The notes beneath the pieces are model-generated. The model was not told the origin of the DNA. It searched no databases and saw only the letters and a program-made list of their open reading frames with translations. A stretch of 64,000 nt of DNA. Source: Octopus sinensis. Lineage: Eukaryota. Where the stretch lies: NCBI RefSeq assembly GCF_006345805.1, contig NC_043023.1:13454001-13518000 (forward strand), written 5' to 3'. Below, piece by piece: positions 25,601-39,604 of this stretch. The position numbers and the translations under genes were made by a program. Within the stretch, counting starts at the first letter, position 1, and every line of letters starts with the position of its first letter.

Positions 25601-28520
25601 GTTGTTGTTTAGCCCCAGGCCAGTCCTGATCCAGTTAGACCTATGATCAAAGATGTTCCAGCCGTGACCATCTCACCTTTTATTCAAGTATAGTGTATCT
25701 AGGATTACATTATCTAATGTATTGTATAGTAGTTAGTATTAGTGGTTATAGTTGTTGTTTAACCCTAGGTCAGTCTACATCCAGACAGACCTATGATCAA
25801 AGATGTTCCAGCTGTGACCATCCCATCTATTATTCAGGCATAGTGTATCTAGGACTACATTATCTAATGTGTAGTAGTTAATATTAGTGGCTATAATTGT
25901 TGTGTTTAGCCCCAGGTCAGTCCTGATCCAGAGAGACCTATGATCAAAGACGTTCCAACTGTGACCCTCCTATCTTTTATTCAAGTATAGTGTATCTAGG
26001 ATTACATTATCCAATGTATAGTATAGTAGTTAGTATTAGTGGCTATAGTTGTTGTTTAGCCCAAGGTCAGTCCTGATCCAGACAGACCGATGATCAAAGA
26101 TGTTCCAGCTGTGACCATCCCATCTTTCATTCAGGCATAGTGTATCTAGGACTACATTATCTAATGTACAACATAGTAATTAGTATTAGTGACTAGTTGC
26201 TGTTTAGCCCAGGTCAGTCCTGTTCCAGACAGACAGCCTATGATCAAAGATGTTCCAGCCGTGACCATCCCAACATTTATTCTGACATAGTGTATCTAGA
26301 ATAGGGTGGGGGAAAATTTTTAGTGCAGTGGGCAAAAATTTCCAAAGCAAAAGGTCCATGGGCGGATCACAAGTCCTTGTATCCGTTTAAATCCTATATA
26401 TATATATACCTATGTATAATTTGATATACATTAATAAATCTTAAATTAACTCGTAACATCTTTATTAATGCCGCCACTGAATTTAGGATGCTTGTCCGTT
26501 GCCAGCGCCGCCCCGACTAGCCTCCGTGCCGGTGGCACGTAAAAAGCACCATCCGATCGTGGCCATTGCCAGCCCCGTCTGGCACCTGTGCTGGTGGCAC
26601 GTAAAAAGCACCCACTACACTCACAGAGTGGTTGGCATTAGGAAGGGCATCCAGCTGTAGAAACACTGCCAGATAAGACTGGAGCCTGGTGCAACCTTCA
26701 GGCTTCCCAGACCCCAGTTGAACCGTCCAACCCATGTTAGCATGGGAAATGGACGTTAAATGATGATGATATCACTTATGAGGTATTCTATATTTTTTTT
26801 AATGTACTTATCCTAATGTTGGCGAAATAATAATAATAATGGTTAAGTACAGACCGAATTTAATTTCGAAAAATTACATTATTTCCTAAATAATATTATG
26901 ACATAAATAATTAATATGACATCATCGTTTAACGTCCCGCTTTCCATGCTGGCATGGGTTGGACAGTTTGACTGGGGACTGGTGAGCCAGATGGCTGCAC
27001 AAGGCTCTAATCTGATCTGGCAGAGTTTCTACAGCTGGATGCCCTTCCTAACGCCAACCACTCTGAGAGTGTAGTGGGTGCTTTTATGTGCCACCGGCAC
27101 GAGGGCCAGTCTGGAGGTACTGGACACGTCCATGCTCAAATGGTGCTTTTTACATGTCACCTGCACAGGAGTCAGTCAAGCGGCACTGGCGACGCCCTTG
27201 CTCGAATGTTTTTTTTCACATGCCATCGGCACAAGTGCCAGTAAGGCGACACTGGTAATGATCACTCTTGAATGGTGCTTTTTATGTGCCACCTGCACTG
27301 GAGCCAGTCCAGCGGCACTGGCAACAACCTCGCTCGAATGGTTTGTTTACGTGCCAAGGCCCTCGCTAGAATGTTGTTTTTCATGTACCACCGTCAGAAG
27401 TGCCAGTAAGGCGACACAGGTAACGATCACGCTTGAATGGTGCTTTTTACATGTCACCGACACGGGGGCCAGTCAGCTGCCCTGGCAACGGTCACGCTTG
27501 GATGGTGCTCTTAGCGCAGATGCCAGTCATGCGGTGTTGTCATCGAATTTGATTTCTATCTCACTTGCCTCAGCAGGTCTTCGCAAGCAGAGTTCAGTGT
27601 CCAATGAAAGAAAGGTACACCTCAGTGGGCTGGTTACGCCCCTGGCATAGGCCACGAGGTTATGGTCTCACCTGGCTTGCCGGGTCTTCTCAAGCACAGT
27701 ATATTTCCAAAAGTCTCGGTTACTAGTCATTGCCTCAGTGAGGCCTAATCTTCGAAGGTCGTGCTTCACCACCTCATCCCAGGTCTTCCTGGGTCTACCT
27801 CTTCCACATGCAGTTCTCAGTAGTGCATGAGGTATTCTCAAAGGGGTACATCCTACATAGTTGTGATTTGATGGAGCACCCTGGCACTTCAACAAACTGA
27901 AAGAAGCCTGTCGTATATATGTATATATATATATATATAAGTGTGTGTGTGTGTGTTTGTCCCCCTAGCATTGCTTGACAACCGATGCTGGTGTGTTTAC
28001 GTCCCCGTCACTTAGCGGTTCGGCAAAAAGAGACCGATAGAATAAGTACTGGGCTTACAAATGAATAAGTCCCGGGGTCGAGTTGCTCGATTAAAGGCGG
28101 TGCTCCAGCATGGCCGCAGTCAAATGACTGAAACAAGTAAAAGAGTATATATATATATATATATATATGGTGGGAGCTGAGCCCCTATAGTTTGGATAAC
28201 TTAGGGGCTGTGTTTGTTATTCTGCTTGTGGTGTAGCAGCTATGTTCTGACAGTTCTGATGTGTTTTATACTTTTGTCTTTTTCTTTCTCTTTGAATAGT
28301 CGTCTCGGTATCAAGCTGGGAGACATGAGGGCTTATCACAAGAGTGACAGGGGTAAGTGCCATACTTTTAGTTTTCTTTCTGTCTGTCTATCTATCTGTC
28401 GATCCGTCTGTCTATCTTTCTATCTGCCTACCTATCTATCTATCTATCAGTGTATCTGTCTCTCTATAACTTTGTCTGTCTGTCTGTCTATCTCCCTCTC
28501 TCTCTGTATATATGTGTCTG

Positions 28521-28577
<57 letters not shown>

Positions 28578-31500
28578 CTATCTATCTGTCTATCTCTTTC
28601 TCTCTCTCTCCTATCTATCTGTCTATCTCTTTCTCTCTCCTATCTATCTATCTATCTGTCTATCTCCCTCTCTCTGTGTGTCTGTCTATCTGTCTATCTC
28701 TTTCTCTCTCTCTCCTATCTATCTATCTATCTGTCTATCTCCCTCTCTCTGTGTGTCTGTCTATCTATCTATCTATCTCTTTCTCTCTCTCTCCTATCTA
28801 TCTATCTATCTGTCTGTCTGTCCGTCAGTCTATCTATTTGTCTATGTCTATCTCTCTCTCTGTATATATGTGTCTATCTATCTGTGTCTGTCTATCTATT
28901 TCTCTCTCTATTTGTCTATCTCTCTCTGTCTCTCTGTATATGTGTGTGTGTGTGTATATAATAAATATATAAACAAGGCGGCGAGCTGGCAGAAACGTTA
29001 GCACGCCGGGCGAAATGCGTTGCCGTATTTCGTCTGCCGTTATGTTCCGAGTTCAAATTCCGCCGAGGTCGACTTTGCCTTTCATCCTTCCGGGGTCGAT
29101 AAATTAAGTACCAGTTATGCACTGGGGTCGATGTAATCGACTTAATCCGTTTGTCTGTCCTTGTTTGTCTCCTCTGTGTTTAGCCCCTTGTGGGTAGTAA
29201 AGAAATAGGTATTTCGTCTGCCGCTATGTTCTGAGTTCAAATTCCGCCGAGGTCGACTTTGCCTTTCATCCTTCCGGGGTCGATAAATTAAGTACCAGTT
29301 ATGTACTGGGGTCGATGTAATCGACTTAATCCGTTTGTCTGTCCTTGTTTGTCTCCTCTGTGTTTAGCCCCTTGTGGGTAGTAAAGAAATATATATAATA
29401 AATATATAACAAACAATGGTTAAATGTCAGCACCTTACAGCTGTTTCTAATGCATTTTTTCAAAGATGAATAAATACATTACATTTTAGTAAAAAAAACA
29501 ATTTTCATCAGATGATACATAGAATTTGGAATTCTCTCCTGATTCTTAATATTGTACACACATGCATACGTGCACACACACACAGATATACACACACAAC
29601 AGGCTGCTTTCAGTTTCTGTCTACGAAATCCACTCCTAAGACTGGTGTTTCAGAGAGCATAGTAGGAGACACTTGCCCAAGGTACCACTCCGTGGGACTG
29701 AACCCGGAAGCAAGCTTCTTACGACACAGCCATGTCTGTGCCTATATCTATCTATCTATCTATATATATATATATATAATGGAGGTGCAATGGCCCAGTG
29801 GTTAGGGCAGCGGACTCGCGGTCATAGAATCACGGTGTCGATTCCCAGACCGGGCGTTGTGAGTGTTTATTGAGCGAAAACACCTAAAGCTTCACGAGGC
29901 TCCGGCAGGGGATGGTGGTGATCCCTGCTGTACTCTTCCACCACAACTTTCTCTCTTTCTTCTGTTGGCCTGCTCGCTTAGCCAGCGGGGTGGCGTCATT
30001 TGAAGGCTAAAACAATGCAAAGCGCATTGTGACCAGCGATGTGGAGCAACATCTGATAGGCTGGTCGGTCACGGTGATATATATATATATATGATGGGTT
30101 TCTTTTTGTTTCCTTCTACCAAATCCATTCACAAGAGGTTTGGTTGGCCCGAGGCTATAATAGAAGACACTTGCCCAAAGTACCACGCAGTGGGGCTGAA
30201 CCCGGAACCATGTGGTTGGGAAGCAAGCTTCTTACCACACGACCACTCCTGCATCTCCATATATATATATATACATACACACACACACACGATGGGCTTC
30301 TTTCAGTTTCCATTTACCAGATTCACTCAAGGATTTGGTCAATCCAAGGCTATAGTAGAAGACACTTGCCCAAGGTGTCATGCAGTGGGACTGAACATGG
30401 AACCAGGTGGTTGGAAAGCAAACGTCTTATCATACACCCACACCTGCCTCAACATGTCAAAACATTTTTTGAAGCCCAGACACTCTTTCGCGGCAGACTG
30501 CACGTAAACGCTGCCGTGTGTATTAGAAGCAAGGTTATTGTTCGCAGTTAGTGAACACACACGAAGCCATGGGGAAACAGGTGCTCACTCACACAAACAT
30601 ACGTGGCACTCCGTCGGTTATGATGATGAGGGTTCCAGTCGATCTGATCAACGAAACAGCTTGATGATAATAATAATAAAAATAATGATGATGATCATCA
30701 TCATCATCGTTTAACATCCGTTCTCCATGCTAGCATGGGTTGGACAGTTCGACCGGGGTCTGTGAAGCCAGAAGGCTGCACCAGGCTCCGGTCTTATCTG
30801 GCAGTGTTTCTACAGCTGGATGCCCTTCCTAACGCCAACCACTCCGTGAGTGTAGTGGGTGCTTTTTACGTGCCACCTGCACAGGTGCCAGAGGGGTCTG
30901 GCTTCGGCCACGATTCGGATGGTGCTTTTTATGTGCCACCAGCACGGAAGCCAGTCGAGGCGGCACTGGCTTCGGCCACGATTCGGATGGTGCTTTTTAC
31001 GTTCCACCGACACGGAAGCCAGTCGAGGTAGCGCTGGCATCGGCCACGATTTGGATGGTGCATTTTACGTGCCACCAGCACGGAAGCCAGTCAAGGTGGC
31101 ACTGGCTTCGGCCACGATTCGGATGGTGCCTTTTACGTGCCATCGACACGGAAGCCAGTCAAGGCAGCGCTGGCTTCGGCCACGATTCGGATGGTGCCTT
31201 TTACGTGCCACCGACACGGAAGCCAGTCGAGGCAGCGCTGGCATCGGCCACGATTTGGATGGTGCATTTTACGTGCCACCTGCACGGAAGCCAGTCGAGG
31301 TGGCACTGGCTTCGGCCACGATTCGGATGGTGCTTTTTACGTATCTCCAGTCCAGGGGTCCTGGCATCTGCCGGGTGCCAGTCATAGGATTGGTTCAATT
31401 TCGATTCCGATGATGATGATGATAATAATAACAATAATAATGATGATAATAATAACAACAATAATAATAATGATAATAACAACAGCAACAATAATAATAA

Positions 31501-34500
31501 TAACAACAATAATAATGATAATGAAGAATGAAAATAAAGAGAGTACTCATCAAATATTTGTCTGTGTGTCTTTGCAGAGACCAATGTTGAAATCAAAGAA
31601 TCAGTCCGAGGCAAAGATGTCTACATCCTTCAGACAGCAACAAAGTAAGTAGGTGACCTCTGGTTTGAGGATATGCGTGTGTGTGGTGGTGGTCTCTGAT
31701 GTACAGTGTGCGTGAAGGGTGGCGAGGGTCTCCGATGTGTGCTATGGTGTCCCACTTGCGCTATGGTGTCCAGTGTGTGCTGTGGTCTCTGGTACAGGTT
31801 GTAGCATGTAGTGTCCTCCTCAGCATGTGCTGTCGTGTTCGGTGTGCAGTATGGCCTCAAGCGCTTACCCTGTGGTCTCTATCTATTGTCGTTGTCCATG
31901 CTAGCATGAGTTGGACAGTTTGACCAGGGCTAGTAAGCTGAGGGACTGCACCAGACTCCAGTTTGATTTGGCAGTGTTTCTACAGCTGGATGCCCTTCCT
32001 AATGCCAACCACTCTGAGAGGGTAATGGGTGCTTTTATGTGCCACTGGCATGGGTGCCATGTCTGTCTATCTAGCTATCTGTCTGTTTATCCGTCTGTCT
32101 GTCTGCCTATCTATCTGTCTATCTCTCTATCTCTGTCTATCTGTCTCTGTCAATCTGTCTATTTGACCAGGGCTAGTAAGCTGAGGGGCTGCACCAGACT
32201 CCAATCTGATTTGGCATGGTTTCTACAGCTGGATGCCCTGCCTTTTTTACGATCCCTTTTGACCAAAAACCTACCCCCGCCTTTTTTTTTCTCCCCTAAA
32301 AGAAAGGCTCTACTTTGTAGTTTGTCCCCTCTGTGTTCAACCCTGTGTGGCCAACCACTCTGAGAGTGTAATGGGTGATTTTATGTGCCACTGGCACAGG
32401 TGCCATTTGTATGACACCCATATCTCTCACAACTATGATTTCCCTTGGCTTGATGGGTTTTCTTCTCAAGCACATCATATCTCCAAAGGTCTCACTCATT
32501 TGTCTGTCTATCAGTCTATCTATCTAGGCTTTTCTTTCCACGGATAAACCATATCTGTTTCCCCCTTTACGCTTTACATCCTGACATTTCTGTGATACAC
32601 GATCCCTACTGATCGTTTTTTTTTTCCTTTCTCTTTTTTACGATCCCTTTTGACCAAAGACCTACCCACGCCTTTTTTTTCCTCCCCTAAAAGAAAAGCT
32701 CTACTTTGTAATTTGTCCCCTCTGTGTTCAACCCTGTGTGGCCAACCACTCTGAGAGTGTAATGGGTGATTTTATGTGCCACTGGCACAGGTGCCATTTG
32801 TATGACACCCATATCTCTCACAACTATGATTTCACTTGGCTTGATGGGTTTTCTTCTCAAGCACATCATATCACGGAAGTGCTCAGTCATTTGACTGTCA
32901 GTCTGTCTATCTATCTGTCTGTCAGTTAGTTAATTTAGTTAAGTTAATTTTTTGGCTCAAAAAGCAAAAAGCAAGGCCATGTAGGGGGACATGGAGTTAT
33001 GTACAGGGTGGTGTTCACGTAAAGAGTTCAGGCCACTTGAGGTCAAGAGAGACTTTGAACCGAGCGGTCGTCGGCATCTTCACTATCTTGTCCGGCAGCT
33101 TATTCCACGGATCCGCAACCCGGACGGAGAAAGCCCCTCTATAGAGAATTAAGGTCGAGCGTCTTACCACACAGCCACCCCTATGCCTATATTTATATTT
33201 AGAAGGTCATTTGTTATGGTCATTTACCATCAGTCTTGCATTTATAAAGCGCTTAGCTGTACAGGTTAGTTAAGTTAAGTTAATTTTTTGGCTCAAAAAG
33301 TAAAAAGCAAGGCCATGTAGAGGGACATGGAGTTATGTACAGGGAGGGTGTTCATGCAAAGAGTTCAGGCCATTTCTGGTCAAGAGAGACTTTGAACCGA
33401 GCGGTCGTCGGCATCTTCACTATCTTGTCCGGCAGCTTATTCCACGGATCCGCAACCCGGACGGAGAAAGCCCCTCTATAGAGAATTAAGGTCGAGCGTC
33501 TTACCACACAGCCACCCCTATGCCTATATTTATTTAGAAGGTCATTTGTTATGGTCATTTACCATCAGTCTTGCATTTATAAAGCGCTTAGCTGTACAGG
33601 TTAGTTAAGTTAAGTTTAAGTTAATTTTTTGGCTCAAAAAGCAAAAAGCAAGGCCATGTAGGGGGACATGGAGTTATGTACAGGGTGGTGTTCATGTAAA
33701 GAGTTCAGGCCATTTCTGGTCAAGAGAGACTTTGAACCGAGCGGTCATCGGCATCTTCACTATCTCGTCCGGCAGCTTATTCCACAGATCTGCAACCTGG
33801 ACCGAGAAAGCCCCTCTCCTTCGATTGAGATGAAATCGTCGCAGATAGAGCTTTTCGGAATGACCCCGCTATCTCTCTATCTACCTCTGTCTGTCTAACT
33901 GTCTCTCTGTCTGTCTGTCTATTTGACCAGGGCTAGTAAGCTGAGCGACTGCACCAGACTCCAGTCTGATCTGGCAGTGTTTCTACAGCTGGATGCCCTT
34001 CCTAATGCCAACCACTCTGAGAGTGTAATGAGTGCTTTTGCATGCGCTGGCACGGGTGCCATTTGTATGACACCCATATCTCTCACAACTATGATTTCAC
34101 TTGGCTTGATGGGTTTTCTTCTCAAGCACATCATATCTCCAAAGGTCTCACTCATTTGTCTGTCTATCAGTCTATCTATCTAGGCTTTTCTTTCCACGGA
34201 TAAACCATATCTGTTTCCCCCTTTACGCTTTACATCCTGACATTTCTGTGATACACGATCCCTACTGATCGTTTTTTTTTCCTTTCTCTTTTTTACGATC
34301 CCTTTTGACCAAAGACCTACCCACGCCTTTTTTTTCCTCCCCTAAAAGAAAAGCTCTACTTTGTAATTTGTCCCCTTTGTGTTCAACCCTGTGTGACTAT
34401 TAAAGAAACATATCTATCTATCTGTTTATCTATCTATCTACCTATCTGTCTATCTATCTATCTACCTATATATATATATCTATCTATCTATCTACTTATC

Positions 34501-34754
34501 TATCTATCTACTTATCTATCTATCTATCTATCTGTTTATCTATCTGTCTATCTATCTATCTATCTATCTGTCTATCTACCTATCTATCTGTCTATCTATC
34601 TATCTATCTGTCTGTCTATCTATCTATCTTTCTATCTGTCTGTCTATCTATCTGTCTACCTATCTATCTACCTATCTTTCTATCTATTTATCCATCTATC
34701 TATCTATCCATCTATCTATCTATCTATCTATCAATTTATCTAGCTAGCTAGTTG

Positions 34755-34793
<39 letters not shown>

Positions 34794-36142
34794 GTCTATC
34801 TACCTATCTATCTGTCTATCTACCTATCTATCTGTCTATCTATCTATCTATCTGTCTGTCTATCTGTCTGTCTATCTGTCTATCTATCTATCTATCTGTC
34901 TGTCTATCTATCTATCTTTCTATCTGTCTGTCTGTCTATCTGTCTACCTATCTATCTACCTATCTTTCTATCTATTTATCCATCTATCTATCTATCTATC
35001 CAGGCACCGTGAGTGTCGCGTTGCTCTCAAGCAACTCTACCGTCCTGGGTCGACCTTGAGTGACTTCAACACAACCAAAGCATTCTATAGGGGTTTAGTG
35101 GAGGGGAGGTACGACGACGAGCTCGGGGTGAACCTGGACGTCGACGAGGAGTACCTGACCCGCCTGTTCAGGACGACTTTCGGGCCAGGGCCCATGGACA
35201 ACTTCCAGAGATCCCTGGCCTGGCAGTGCTACCGAGAAGCGCTACTACCCGTTCGGGATAAGCTCTACAGACACGGCTCGAGAAACACGGGGCCGACCTG
35301 CCCGAGATGCGGTCAGAGTGACGAAACCGTTCTGCACGCACTCGTGCAGTGTCCAACAATTTCCAACCTGTGGGCTTGTGTCGAACAACTGCTGTCACGT
35401 GTGGGACGAGTCGGTTTATCAGCTGAGTCTATCGTTAATATTGTCACGCCTCCCTCCTTCAAACGGGAAGGAAGAGCTATTTTCATCATCCTTGTGGCTA
35501 TGGTGAAAGAATGTAATCTGGTGGACGCGTCTGAAAGGATTGAGACAAACACTTTCCTCTCTGGTCAATCTCTCATCAACTTCTTCAAGTACCACTTGAA
35601 AAGGAAAGTGAGAGTAGAGAGGCAAGTTTTGTCTAGCGAAGTGTTTTAAAAAAAGATGGGTGAATGTAGCAAGAATGGCACGTATGAATGACGAAGCCAC
35701 CTTGAACATGATCCTATGAACCCAGAAATTGAAAACAGAGAGTTGCTTATTTGCAAAAAAAAAAAAAAAAAACAGAAATATAACACTGTGACTCCATTGA
35801 CCGAGGTTACCGTGGTCTTTTCCGTAGGCTTTTCTTTCCAACGGGTAAACCTCACCTGTCCTCCCCTTTACACTTCATATTGACATTTCTGTGATAACGA
35901 TCCCTATTGATCAATTTTTTTTCCACTCCCCCTCTTTTTTGTCCTCTCTCTCTCCTTTTACGATCCCTTTTGATCGAAACTCCCCCTTCCTTTTTTTTTT
36001 TTTTTTTTTTTAAACCTTCAAAAGAAAAGCTCTACCTTGTAATTTGTTCTATCTGTGTGCAGCCCTGTGTGGCTAATAAACATATCTATCTATCTATCAA
36101 TTTATCTAGCTAGCTAGCTGTCTGTCTATCTGTCTGTCTGTC

Positions 36143-36181
<39 letters not shown>

Positions 36182-39100
36182 CTCTGTCTAACAAATTAAT
36201 GGTATCTAACCCTCAATCTACACACATCTTCTCTCCATCCCGTCCATTTACAGGGAAGTCAACAACGACATATGGGAGCTGATGATTATCTCTTACGCCT
36301 GCAAGACGAGCTGTGCTCGGAACATCGTCGGGGTGTTACCCTACCTACCCTACTCACAACAAAGCAAGATGAGGAAGCGAGGATCTATCGCTTGCAAGCT
36401 TTTGGCTACCATGTTATCAAGATCAGGTAAGGATTTGATCCTCTTGTATTATGCTGTAATCTAGTGTGTTGGTGATGTTGTTCTTTAGCCCCAGGTCAGT
36501 CCTGATCCAGACAGACCTATGATCAAAGACGTTCCAGCTGTGACCATCCCATCTTTCATTCAGGCATAGTGTATCTAGGACTACATTATCTAATGTATAG
36601 TATAGTAGTTAGTATTAGTGGTTATAGCTGTTGTTGTTTAACCCCAGGTCAGTCCTGATCCAGACAGACCCATGATCAAAGACGTTCCAGCTGTGACCCT
36701 CCCATCTTTTATTCAGGCATAGTGTATCTAGGACTACATTATCTAATGTATAGTAGCTAGTATTAGTGGCTATAGTAGTTGTTGTCTTTTTGTCTTTCTC
36801 CTGTTACAGTCATTGAGACTTTGACCATGCTGGGGCAGCACCTTGAAAAATTTCAGTTGGCCGATTCGACCCCAGTACTTATTTTTCTTCCCTTTAGCCT
36901 GGTATTTATTCTATTGGTCTCTTTTGGTGCACTGCTAAGTTAAGGGGATGTAAACACACCAACATCGGTTGTCAAGCGATGGTGAGGAGGACCAACACAG
37001 GCACACACAGATAGCCATAACACACACATGAGTGGCTTCTTTCAGTTTTCTTCAACCAAATCCACTCACAAAGCTTTGGTTGGCCCAAGGCTATAGTGGA
37101 AGACACTTGCCCAAGGTGCCACCCAGTGGGACTGAACCCTGAACCATGTGGTTGGCAAGCAAGCTTCTTAACACACATAGCCATGCCTGTACCTACACAC
37201 ACACACACACATACAACAGGCTTCTTCCAGTTTCTGACTACCAAATCCACTCACAAGGCTTTGGTGGGCCCAAAGCTATAATAGAAGAAATTTGCCCTAG
37301 GTGCCATACAGTGGGACTGAACCCCAAACCATGTGGTTGGGAAGCAAGCATCTTACCACACAGCCACGCCAGCGCCTATACACACACACATACTATGGGC
37401 TTCTTCCAGTTTCTATCTACTGAATCCACTCACAAGGCATTTGGTCAGCCCGCGGCTATAGTAGAAAACACTTGCCCAAGGTGCCACGCAGTGGGACTGA
37501 ACCCAGAACCATGTGGTTGGAAGCAAAGCAAGCTTCTTACCACACAACCACTCTTGCACTTATTCATAACATTTTTATTCAGTTGTATTTTTATGAATTA
37601 CAATATTTCACTGCATGTTAGCGTTTTCTTCATTGACCCCTTTTTTGGTATGCTGTTCCCTATTTTATGCACGTACATGCCATCCTTTCAAAAATCTTTC
37701 TCTGTGTCTCTGTCCTAGGTTTTACGCACATCATCACAATGGATCTACACCAGAAGGAAATCCAAGGGTTCTTCAATGTTCCTGTAGACAATTTAAGGGC
37801 ATCACCGTTCCTCATTCAATACATCATAGAATCGGTAAGTGACTACCACCCCTGACATAAGCTGGGGGGGGGGGGTCTTTTGCTGTTTGTTTGTGTGCAT
37901 ATATATATATATTTTTTTTTCTGCTGGAGCACCGCCTTTAGTCGAGCAAATCGACCCCAGGAGTTATTCTTTGGATACCCAGTACTTATTCTAACGGTCT
38001 CTTTTGCCGAACTACTAAGCTACGGGATGTAAACACACCAGCATCGGTTGTCAAGTGATGTTGGGGGTACAAACACAGACACTCAAACAAACACACACAC
38101 ACACACACATATATATACATATATATGACGGGCTTCTTTCAGTTTCCGTCTACCAAATCCACTCACAAGGCTTTGGTCGGCCCGAGGCTATAGCAGAAGA
38201 CACTTGCCCAAGGTGTCATGCAGTATGACTGAACCCGGAACCATGTGGTTGATAAGCAAGCTACTTACCACACAGCCACTATAATAATAATAATATAAAT
38301 AATATATAAATATATGCATATATACATACATATCGCATGGCTCAGTGGTTAGAGCGTCGAGCTTACGATCGTGAGGTTGTGAGCTCGAATCCCGGACCGG
38401 GCTGCGTGTTGTGTTCTTGAGCAAGGCACTTTATTTCACGTTGCTCCAGTTCACTCAGCTGTAGAAATGAGTTGCGACGTCACTGGTGCCAAGCTGTATC
38501 GACCTTTGTCTTTCCCTTGGATAACACTGGTGGCGTGGAGAGGGGAGGCTGGTATGCATGGGCGACTGCTGGTCTTCCATAAAAACAACCTTGCCCGGAC
38601 TTGTGTCTAGGAGGGTAACTTTCTAGGTGCAATCCCATGGTCATTCATGACCGAAGGGGGTCTTTACCCTTTATGTACATACCTACATATATATGTATAT
38701 ATACATACATATATGTACATACCTTCATCTATATGTATGTATGTATATATACATGCATATATGGGTACAGGACATCAAAAAAACGTTGAACACAATGAGA
38801 AATGAAAACATAAAAACAAAAACATAGAAACAAACTTTTTTTGGAACAACGAAAAAAACAAACAGAGAAACGAGACATGCAACATAAAGAATATTCCCCT
38901 TCTTCAGTTGTCCTTGTTTCATCTACTCTGCGTTTCAAAGGTAAGGACAAGACGCGACTTCGTTGCAACAGTCCTTCCTGCAAAGCAAATTCAATAAAAT
39001 TTGGGATTTTTTGCAGAGGGGGAAAGTGGGAACAAGAACAGGACAGTGGGAACAAAAATGGTGAGGGCTGTTAAGTCGAGACGATAGCAAAAATTATGAA

Positions 39101-39573
39101 TGCTAGGAAGACGAGCTTAAGAAGGAGACAGTAAAGGCACGTTTTTTTTCTTTACGAAGGTTGTGGGCAGAAAGACGGATTCTCTTTCGTCATGTGTCAG
39201 CGATGAGAGAGTCGAGGAGGAGTGAGAGAGAGGGAACGGTGAAGAGGAGAGAAGAATAGGGAAGGGTGGGGGAGAAAACCAGAAAGGATGAGGTGTATGT
39301 GTGTGTGTGGGGGTTCAAAGATTTCAGCACAGTCGACTCCAACATCATGACCAACTGCACCCTTTTATCACTACCTACAATAACCCTTTCTACTTTAGGC
39401 ACAAGGCCTGAAATTTTTTTGGGGGTGGGGTGGGGGACCAGTCGATTACATTGACCCCAGTGCGTAACTGGTACTCAGTTTATCAATCCTAAGAAAAGGA
39501 TGCAAGGCGAAGTGACCTCGGCAGAATTTGAACTCTGAACGTAACAAGTTGGAAGAAATACTGCTAAGTATTT

Positions 39574-39604
<31 letters not shown>

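Noticed and set aside
28214-29001. 252-aa ORF (LSIY repeats)
   Set aside because: It is (TATC)n read-through that includes the true 53-nt PRPSAP exon 2.
30840-31345. 57-bp regular repeats as a CRISPR array or coding repeat
   Set aside because: The units are wholly homologous with no unique spacers, and belong to the RTE-tail VNTR.
38870-38915. Minus-strand CTGAAGA motif as a hammerhead
   Set aside because: No correctly placed GAAA-stem III-UH follows in this copy.
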